64,000 bases of DNA. Source: Armatimonadota bacterium (GTDB lineage: Bacteria; Armatimonadota; SYMT01). Under the pieces are notes generated by a model that made no database searches, had not been told where the DNA came from, and saw nothing but the letters and a program-made list of their open reading frames with translations. The stretch lies in the NCBI GenBank assembly GCA_046292385.1, contig JBKBRF010000013.1, positions 32,001 through 96,000 of the forward strand. The letters run 5' to 3'. Shown here one piece after another: positions 57,061 through 64,000 of this stretch; positions within the stretch are counted from its first letter, which is position 1, and each line of letters starts with the position of its first letter. Both the position numbers and the translations under genes were made by a program.

Positions 57061-59757
57061 ATGCTGCGCCCCCTGCTCCCCGCCCTCCTCGCCACGGCTG
57101 CCCTGACCGCGCTCTCTCCCGGCCCCGCCGCGCCGACCGCGACCTCCGAACCCATCACGCTGTTCCAGACGAACGGGGCTTACGATCCGCGCCTCGACCT
57201 GAAGACCGACCTCGTGGCGATCCACGCCCACGGCGCTGCGCCGGAGGCCGTCGCCCGCGCGATCGAATCGTGGAAGGGCGCCGGGTATCGGGTCCACCGG
57301 ATGTTCTTCATCGGCTCGGACGCCCGCGGCCGCTACACCCGCGGCGAGCTCGACGGCCGGCCGCACCTCGACGAGACGGAGACCGATGCGGAAGGCCGCG
57401 TCCTCGCCATCGGAAGCCGGCCGTACATGGTCCCCACCGCGGGGTGGCTCGCCTACCTGAAGGAGGAGATCCGCCGCTCGATCGACGCCGGCGCCGACGG
57501 GATCTGGCCGGAGGAGCCGCTGATGCACGCGGCGAGCGGCTACTCCGAGGCGTTCAAGGCGGCGTGGGGGCAGGCGTACGACACACCCTGGGAGCCTCCC
57601 CACGGGTCACCGTCCGCCTACTTCCGCGCCTCGCGATTGAAAGCGGACCTCTACCTGAACGCGGTGCAGGAGCTGCTGCAGGCGACCCGGGAGCACGCCC
57701 GGCGGAAGGGCCGGCCGGTGAAGTTCCTGCTGCCGGTCCACTCCCCCATCAGCTACGCGAGCTGGAACCTGATTTTTCCCCACGCGGCGGCCTCGAAGCT
57801 CCCGCTGGACGGCGTCATCGCGCAGGTCTGGACCGGCCCGGCGCGCTCGCCCGTCACCTACGAGGGCAGCTCCGGTCCGCAATTCTTCGAGAGCAGCTGG
57901 ATGATGTACAGCTACTTCGCCACGCTGATGGAGAAGACCGGCAAGCCGCTCTACTTCCTGGCCGATCCGGTGGAAGACGACCTGAGCTACGGCTGGCCGG
58001 ACTACGAGAAGTGGTACGAGTCGGTCCTCGCCGCGTCGCTGATGTTCCCGCAGGCGACCGGCTACGAGGTGATGCCCTGGCCGGAGCGGATCTACCTGCC
58101 GGGACGCACCACCGGCGGCGGCACCCCGGCGCCGACCGCGTACCGCACGGAGCTTTCCAACGTGATCGCCGCGCTGCAGGAGCTGCCCGCCGCGGGGCGG
58201 GCGCGCTGGGAAGGCGGGACGCGCGGGATCGGAGTGGTCACGCTCGACACCCTCATGTGGCAGCGCGGCGGGCCGCAGGGCAGCTCCATGCGCTCGCTGC
58301 ACGGGCTGGTGCTCCCGCTCCTGAAGCGAGGGGTACCGGTCGAAATCGTCCCCGGCGAGCGCGCGGCGGATCCGGGCTTCCTCTCCCGGTTCAAGGTACT
58401 GCTCGTCTCCTACGACATGCAGAAGCCGCTCGCACCGGAGGTGAACGAGGCGCTTGCGCGGTGGGCACGCGCCGGCGGGAGCCTGGTGGTCCTCGGCGGC
58501 GAGGATGCCTACAACGGGGTCGACGGCTTCTGGCGCGAGCGCGGCTTCCCCGGCCCGACCGAGCACCTGCTCTCCGAGTGCGGCGCGCGGGTCGACCTGG
58601 CGCAGCGCTCCGCAGCCAACGCCCAGGGCCGGTTCCAGCCGGTGCTCCGTGCCGACGGCCCGCACCGCGACCTGAAGAACCGGCGCTTCTACACGGTCGA
58701 CCTCTCCCCCCACCGCGGAAAGAGCGGCGCGGCGCTGGTGCGCCTCTCGGACCTCTACCCGCAGGACGGCTGGGGCGCCTGGATCGGACGGGTGCGGCTG
58801 CTGGATGGCAGCCGCGTGGCGGCGGAGTTCCAGGCCGGCACGCCGGAGGAGCGGCCGTTCGTAGCGCTCGACTCCGGCTCCACCGCCGCCGCGACCCACC
58901 GCTTCACCGACCGGGACGCGGAGGTGGTCTATCGCTTCGAGAAGCTGGGACCCGGCGCGCGGCTGGAGCTGGAGCTCGGCAACCAGTTTCTCGTGAGCGT
59001 CGCGCCCGCCGAGTCGCTGCCGACACTGGAGCCCGCCCGGAAGCCGCTCCCCTCCCTCACCGTCCCGGTCACCTACCCGCTGGTGCGGTTCCCGGCCACC
59101 GGCGCGAAGCCGCTCTACCACGGAAGCAAGAGCGAGCTGCCGGCTTGGACCTCGCCGGTCGGCAAGGGCAGCCTGCTCTACTGCGGTCTCCCCGCGGCGT
59201 TCATGGCGGACAGCGCGGACGGTGCGACTCTCCTCCGCGCCCTGACGCGGCTGGCCTGCGAGGAAGCCGGGCTGAAGTACGCCGAAGGCCCGCTCGTCAC
59301 CCGGCGCGGCCCCTACGTCATCGCGCACGCGCAGGGGCGGCCGGTCCGGCTCCGCGGCCGTTACCTCGACCTCTTCGACGCGGAGCTGAAGCTCCTGGAG
59401 AATCCGCTCCTGCCGCCGGACGAGCCGGTACTGCTGAAAGCGGTCCGCAGCAGCGGCAAGCTCCCCGCGCTGCTCCACGCCAGCCGGAAAACGCGAGTGG
59501 TCGAACGCACCGCCACCGCCCTGCGCCTGACCGCCTCCGGCCCCGAGGGCACGACGGGCGTCGTCCGCGTCGACCCCGCCGGAAGGCAGCTCCACTCCGC
59601 CCAGGCCACCAACCCCCAGGGCCGCCGCGTACCGGTGGAGGCCCTGGAAGAGAGCGGAACGGTGCTGGTGCGCTACCCCCTTTCGCCGCAGGAGCTGGCG
59701 ATTACGCTGCGCTGGCAGTCCCGAACTGAGAAAGAGAAAGAGAAGGAGAACGAGTAA
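57061..59757 (+). CDS. Secreted glycoside hydrolase-like multidomain protein
   Basis: Signal peptide from ATG 57061; TIM-barrel-like region with GADGIWPEEP; GATase1/trimerisation-like region (VLLVSYD...WARAGGSLV). Confidence 0.6.
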   Translation: MLRPLLPALLATAALTALSPGPAAPTATSEPITLFQTNGAYDPRLDLKTDLVAIHAHGAAPEAVARAIESWKGAGYRVHRMFFIGSDARGRYTRGELDGRPHLDETETDAEGRVLAIGSRPYMVPTAGWLAYLKEEIRRSIDAGADGIWPEEPLMHAASGYSEAFKAAWGQAYDTPWEPPHGSPSAYFRASRLKADLYLNAVQELLQATREHARRKGRPVKFLLPVHSPISYASWNLIFPHAAASKLPLDGVIAQVWTGPARSPVTYEGSSGPQFFESSWMMYSYFATLMEKTGKPLYFLADPVEDDLSYGWPDYEKWYESVLAASLMFPQATGYEVMPWPERIYLPGRTTGGGTPAPTAYRTELSNVIAALQELPAAGRARWEGGTRGIGVVTLDTLMWQRGGPQGSSMRSLHGLVLPLLKRGVPVEIVPGERAADPGFLSRFKVLLVSYDMQKPLAPEVNEALARWARAGGSLVVLGGEDAYNGVDGFWRERGFPGPTEHLLSECGARVDLAQRSAANAQGRFQPVLRADGPHRDLKNRRFYTVDLSPHRGKSGAALVRLSDLYPQDGWGAWIGRVRLLDGSRVAAEFQAGTPEERPFVALDSGSTAAATHRFTDRDAEVVYRFEKLGPGARLELELGNQFLVSVAPAESLPTLEPARKPLPSLTVPVTYPLVRFPATGAKPLYHGSKSELPAWTSPVGKGSLLYCGLPAAFMADSADGATLLRALTRLACEEAGLKYAEGPLVTRRGPYVIAHAQGRPVRLRGRYLDLFDAELKLLENPLLPPDEPVLLKAVRSSGKLPALLHASRKTRVVERTATALRLTASGPEGTTGVVRVDPAGRQLHSAQATNPQGRRVPVEALEESGTVLVRYPLSPQELAITLRWQSRTEKEKEKENE

Positions 59758-59795
59758 GAGCTAAGTTCGGTTGGCTGCCCATCCCCCTCATCCCC
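59727..59795 (+). repeat. Dispersed repeat family E, copy 2, overlapping a gene end
   Basis: (gagaaa)n encodes EKEKEKENE-stop; 59773-59795 identical to 1969-1991. Confidence 0.75.
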
Positions 59796-59797
59796 AC

Positions 59798-62700
59798 CTA
59801 CTTCCCCTGCAGCGTCACCTTCGCTTCTCCGGTGGCGATCCGGACCGTCGGCACGTACATGTCGCTCGCTACCGCCGGGAGGGCGCGGAAGGTGCCGGCG
59901 GTCTCCGGGCGGACGTAGTACTCCAGCACGTGCGTGCCCTTCTCGACCGTGCGCATGAAGAAGCTCACGCGGTCGTCTCGCACGTCCTGGTGCGCCCACC
60001 AGTTGTCCCACGGGCCGACCTCCACGTCGCCGCGGTCCTGGACCTCCCACCCGGTGGGGCGGAAGTCTTCCAGCATCATGAACTCCAGCGGCCGGTCGGT
60101 CTTGAGCGTCAGGCGGACCAGGACGCGGTCGCCCACCTGGAAGCGGTCGGCCGGACGCGCAGCGGGGAGCACCTGCGGGCGGCCGTGGGCGTCGGCCCGC
60201 GTCTCCAGGCGGAAGTACTCGCGGGTCAGGGAGACCCCCGGCAGCGTGCTTTCTGCCTGGAAGCCCACCGCGGGGACCTGCTGCGTCACCTGCACCGTGT
60301 AGTAGACCGTTCCCTTTCCGGTCTTCTTCAGCTCCAGCCGGCTTCCGCCTCGCAGCCCCTTCAGCTCCACCACCGGCAGCCGGACCACCGTCTCGTCCCG
60401 CAGCGCGTCCTCGGGCGTGGCATCCTCCGCGTGGAGCTTCTTCCCGTTCAGGTAGACGTCGAGGTGGTAGTCCGGCCTCAGCTCGCCGGTCTGCTTCAGG
60501 TAGTCGGTCAGCGCGAAGAGGATCCAGGCGGTGTCCCGGGTGGAGACCCACCGGTTCCCCTGCCGCTGCAGCATGAGCCACTGCACCACACCCGGGATGC
60601 GGCGGTCGGCCGGGTCGACCGCCACCGCCGCCTTCAGCGCCACGGCGGTCGTCTCCACGCGCTGCGGGGTGCCGTACCGGTGCTCGCCGGAGGTCCCGTC
60701 GCTCCAGAACGCGAGGCCGCCGGAGCGCGTGGAGGCTTCCCACAGGTACTCCATCGCCGCCTTCGCCCGCTCGCGCTCGCCCAGCTCGTGCCAGCCGAGG
60801 ACGCGGTAGCCGAGGGAGCGCAGCAGCAGCCGCTCGCGGCGGTCGCCCTGCTCCACGCGCTGCAGCAGGGTCCGCGCTTCCTTTTTCTTCCCGGCCTGGG
60901 CCAGGACGTACGCCATGAACATCTGGTCGTCCGGGCTCACCTTCGGGTTCTCCACCTCCTGCGCGAGCGCGTTGAGACCGTTCTCGTAGATCGCGTCGTT
61001 CAGCTCCAGCCCGGCGCGGCGGGCCTGGGTCATGCCGAAGAGCACGTAGGCGGTCATCCATGGATCGAGAGCGTCGTGGTCGAACCAGCCCCAGCCGCCC
61101 GCCGGCTGCTGGAAGCCGTAGAGCTTGAGCAGGCCGGAGCGCGCCATCTCCGGCACCCGCAGCTCCAGCTCGGGTCGCCGCAGATTCAGCTCCTTCAGCG
61201 CCTGCAGCAGCACCACGTCCGGCAGGAAGCCGCTCATCGTCTGCTCCGTGCAGCCGTACGGGTAGGTGGCGAGGTATTCCAGCGACCCGAGCAGCGCGCC
61301 CGCCAGGGTGGGCGAGAGGCGCACTTCGACTTCTCCGCCGACCGCTCCGGGCTCCACCTCGAACTGCTCGACGACCGACTCGCCGGTGAGGGCGCCGGTG
61401 CGGTGATCCACGCTCTCCCGCGCGAACGGCTGCACCGGCGCGGTGATCTCCACGCCGTCCGAGAAGCCGCCTCCGGAAACCGTGGCGGTGACCTTCGCCG
61501 TGCCGCCCGTGCCGGCCACCGCGTCCCACGAGAGCGGCACCGCCTCACCCGGCTTCAGCCGGAGCTGGCGGCGGCTGTCTCCATTCACCGCGACACCTTC
61601 GGCGCGCAGATCCGCGGTCGCGTTCAGCTCGCGGTCGGAGTAGTTGTGCGCGACCGCGGTCAGCGTGAAGCGGTCCCCCTCCGTGAGGACGCGCGGGAGC
61701 TGGACCCGCAGCGTCAGCTCCTTCATCACCCGGATGTTGTGCCGCGCCTCGCCGACCTCCGTCTTCGCGGTGTGGCCGACCACGCTCGCGCGCCAGCTCG
61801 TCAGCGAATCGGGAAGGCGGATCTCGACCGTCGCGCGGCCGCCGGCGTCGGTGCGGAGCAGCGGGAGCCACTCCGCGGTGTCAGGGAACTCCTTCCGCAC
61901 CTGCACGTCGGCGTCTTTGCTGGCGTCGCCCAGGTAGACGTCCGGGTAGGAGAACTGGGTCTCCACTTCGTTGCGACGGCGGGGGTAGAACGCCTCCCAG
62001 AGGCGGTCTTCCGGCTCCGCGCGGATCGCGTAGACCGACTCGTCGACCAGCCCGAACGAGACCTCCGCCGGCACCGGACGGCCACTCGCGTCGCGCGTGG
62101 TGACGGTGAACCGCGCGGTGTCCCGCGGGTGGTAGACCTCGCGATCGCTCTCCACCGCCACCTGGAGGCGATGGCTGGAGGCGTCGATGTTCAGGCGGGC
62201 GCTGCTCTGTGCGAGCTCGCCGCGCCGGACGAAGCAGGCGCTGACGTAGACGTTTGGCTCGTAACCCTCGCGGATCGGGAAGCGGACCACCGTCGACTTC
62301 CGCTCCAGCTTCACCGTGCGGTACTCCAGCACGTCCTCCGCCTCGATCGCCACGAGCGCCGTGGAGCCCGGCCGGTCGGTGTTCAGCAGCACCTGGGCCG
62401 TCTGCCCGGCCCGGTACTGCTTGCGGTCCGGCAGCACCGCCAGGGTCGGGTAAGTGCGCTGCAGGTCGCCGCCCTCTTCCGTGCTCACCCAGAGGTCGGC
62501 GGTCGTCTCCACCCGGTTGCCGCGCGAGTCGGCGCCGCGAAAGCGCACCATCACCAGTCCCGGCTCCGGCAGGCGCACGGAGAGCCGGGCCATGCCGTCC
62601 GCGCCGGTGCGCAGCTCCTGCGTCAACAGCTCGCGCTCGGTCGACTTCGCGCCGTCCCACTGCTCCAGCACGGCGCTGGCGGTGATCGGCAGGTTCGCGA

Positions 62701-64000
62701 CCGGGCGGTCTTCCATGTCGAGGACCCGCACCTGGACCGGGACCTGCTCGCCCGGCTGGCCGAACGAGCGCTCCGCCCGCGCGTCGAGCCGCACCGCGCC
62801 GGGACTCACCCGGACACTGCCGTTTCCATCCGCGTAGCGATTGCTCGCGTCGGAGACGCCGACTTCGACGTTGTACTGGTACTCCGCCGAGGCATCCTGG
62901 TCCGCCGGCAGGGTGGTGTCGAACTCGAAGCGGGCGGTGCCGTCGGCATCGGTGCGCAGCGTCCCTTCCGTAACGAGATCGCCGTAGGTGTCGGCGTAGC
63001 CGTCCTCTTCCTCGGCGCCGGCTTCCTCACCGTCCCACCAGCTCCAGCGGCGGGCGCGGTAGACGCTGTAGTTGACCTCCGCGTAGCCGACCGGCGCGCC
63101 GTAGTAGTACGACGCCTTCACGCTGACGGGGACCCGGTCGCCGCGGATGTAGTGGTCGCGCGGGAAGGTGACGTCGACCTGCCACTCCGGCTTGCGGTAC
63201 GACGCCACCGCGAACCCGTCCGAGTAGACCTCCTCGCCCAGGCTCACGTTGAGCGTGTACCAGCCGCCGGCCGCCGCGGCGGGAAGCTGGAACGCGCCGG
63301 CGAACGAGCCGCTCTCGCCGAGGGGCACGTCGCCCTCCCAGATGGAGGTGCCCTGCCAGTCGGTCACGCCCACGCCGACCGTCTGCGAGGACGGCAGCGC
63401 GTACGTGGAGCCGCTCGGGCGGCGGACGATGCCCTTGAACTGAACCCGGTGCCCGGGGCGGTAGACGGGGCGGTCGGTGTAGGTGAGCACCCGGTGGGTG
63501 AGCGTCTCCTGGCCGCCGGTCCACGACTGCGTGAAAGCGAGCGAGTCGCCGCGGCGCGCGACCACGTCGACCCGGCCGTTCGCGTTGATCGGGAAGTCGG
63601 CGAGCCCCCGCGCGTCGGTCTGCCGCCCGCCCAGGCGCGCGCTCTCCCCGATCAGGCTCACCTCGGCGCCGGGTACGGGGCTGCCGGTGCGGAGGTCGAC
63701 CGCGTAGGTGAGCACCCGGCCGGGGCGCGACTTCGTGACCAGCGCGAGGTCGGTCACCATCATCCAGCCGAGCGCCGCCTGCCGCTCCCCTTCCGCCTCC
63801 ACCAGGTAGATCCCCGGGGAGAGCCGCTCCAGCCGCTCGTCCTCATAGAAGACCCCCTCCGCGTCCCGCTGCCGCACGGCGTGCACCCACTCCCGCACCC
63901 GGCGCACGTGCGGCCCCTTCAGGATCGGGAAGGAGCGCGGCTGCGCGGTGGCCGCGACCGGGCTCAGGAGCGCGCGGAGGTCCGAGCCGTGCTCCCGCAC
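59798..64000 (-). CDS. Bacterial alpha-2-macroglobulin family protein, 5' end outside window
   Basis: YTDRPVYRPG, YRKPE, PDSLTSW, thioester YPYGCTEQ, GGWGWF, WVSTRDTA. Confidence 0.95.
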   Translation of the reverse strand: MREHGSDLRALLSPVAATAQPRSFPILKGPHVRRVREWVHAVRQRDAEGVFYEDERLERLSPGIYLVEAEGERQAALGWMMVTDLALVTKSRPGRVLTYAVDLRTGSPVPGAEVSLIGESARLGGRQTDARGLADFPINANGRVDVVARRGDSLAFTQSWTGGQETLTHRVLTYTDRPVYRPGHRVQFKGIVRRPSGSTYALPSSQTVGVGVTDWQGTSIWEGDVPLGESGSFAGAFQLPAAAAGGWYTLNVSLGEEVYSDGFAVASYRKPEWQVDVTFPRDHYIRGDRVPVSVKASYYYGAPVGYAEVNYSVYRARRWSWWDGEEAGAEEEDGYADTYGDLVTEGTLRTDADGTARFEFDTTLPADQDASAEYQYNVEVGVSDASNRYADGNGSVRVSPGAVRLDARAERSFGQPGEQVPVQVRVLDMEDRPVANLPITASAVLEQWDGAKSTERELLTQELRTGADGMARLSVRLPEPGLVMVRFRGADSRGNRVETTADLWVSTEEGGDLQRTYPTLAVLPDRKQYRAGQTAQVLLNTDRPGSTALVAIEAEDVLEYRTVKLERKSTVVRFPIREGYEPNVYVSACFVRRGELAQSSARLNIDASSHRLQVAVESDREVYHPRDTARFTVTTRDASGRPVPAEVSFGLVDESVYAIRAEPEDRLWEAFYPRRRNEVETQFSYPDVYLGDASKDADVQVRKEFPDTAEWLPLLRTDAGGRATVEIRLPDSLTSWRASVVGHTAKTEVGEARHNIRVMKELTLRVQLPRVLTEGDRFTLTAVAHNYSDRELNATADLRAEGVAVNGDSRRQLRLKPGEAVPLSWDAVAGTGGTAKVTATVSGGGFSDGVEITAPVQPFARESVDHRTGALTGESVVEQFEVEPGAVGGEVEVRLSPTLAGALLGSLEYLATYPYGCTEQTMSGFLPDVVLLQALKELNLRRPELELRVPEMARSGLLKLYGFQQPAGGWGWFDHDALDPWMTAYVLFGMTQARRAGLELNDAIYENGLNALAQEVENPKVSPDDQMFMAYVLAQAGKKKEARTLLQRVEQGDRRERLLLRSLGYRVLGWHELGERERAKAAMEYLWEASTRSGGLAFWSDGTSGEHRYGTPQRVETTAVALKAAVAVDPADRRIPGVVQWLMLQRQGNRWVSTRDTAWILFALTDYLKQTGELRPDYHLDVYLNGKKLHAEDATPEDALRDETVVRLPVVELKGLRGGSRLELKKTGKGTVYYTVQVTQQVPAVGFQAESTLPGVSLTREYFRLETRADAHGRPQVLPAARPADRFQVGDRVLVRLTLKTDRPLEFMMLEDFRPTGWEVQDRGDVEVGPWDNWWAHQDVRDDRVSFFMRTVEKGTHVLEYYVRPETAGTFRALPAVASDMYVPTVRIATGEAKVTLQGK

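Noticed and set aside
56254..59757. 1167-aa ORF suggesting a long N-terminal extension
   Set aside because: The extension overlaps the PIG-L gene in another frame; a signal peptide begins at ATG 57061.
1..64000. CRISPR array, rRNA, tRNA, integron or prophage
   Set aside because: No regularly spaced 23-47 nt repeats with unique spacers, no cloverleaf or rRNA signatures, no cas, integrase or phage genes seen.

Overview
High-GC bacterial chromosomal segment with about 45 genes and no rRNA, tRNA, CRISPR array, integrase or transposase that I can recognise. The DUF1501 and DUF1549/DUF1553 genes, an AAILFPVFxxARE pilin-like motif, a SigB/F-type sigma factor and two alpha-2-macroglobulins suggest Armatimonadota or a similar lineage (inference only). 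Housekeeping genes (lon, thrB, gpsA, polyprenyl synthase, ggt, comEC) are interspersed with stress, envelope and secreted proteins. Main observations: (1) a membrane-anchored TlpA-like protein split by an in-frame TGA in a UxxC motif with a SECIS-like hairpin, i.e. a probable selenoprotein missed by the ORF track; (2) a SigB/SigF-type promoter motif (GTTT/GATT-N14-17-GGGTA) before the sigma gene itself and several stress genes, possibly also comEC and a second sigma; (3) a roughly 180-nt 6S-like structured RNA candidate just upstream of that sigma gene, plus a second terminated sRNA candidate; (4) several dispersed intergenic repeat families (REP-like multi-hairpins, heptamer/G-quadruplex inverted repeats), one inserted in frame inside a DUF1553 gene and one carrying the start codons of two divergent genes at its mirror-image ends; (5) AT-richer single-gene islets next to REP-like copies, including a secreted LAS-type peptidoglycan peptidase; (6) a possible distant BshC-like ligase. 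All family calls come from motifs recognised by eye; no searches were run.
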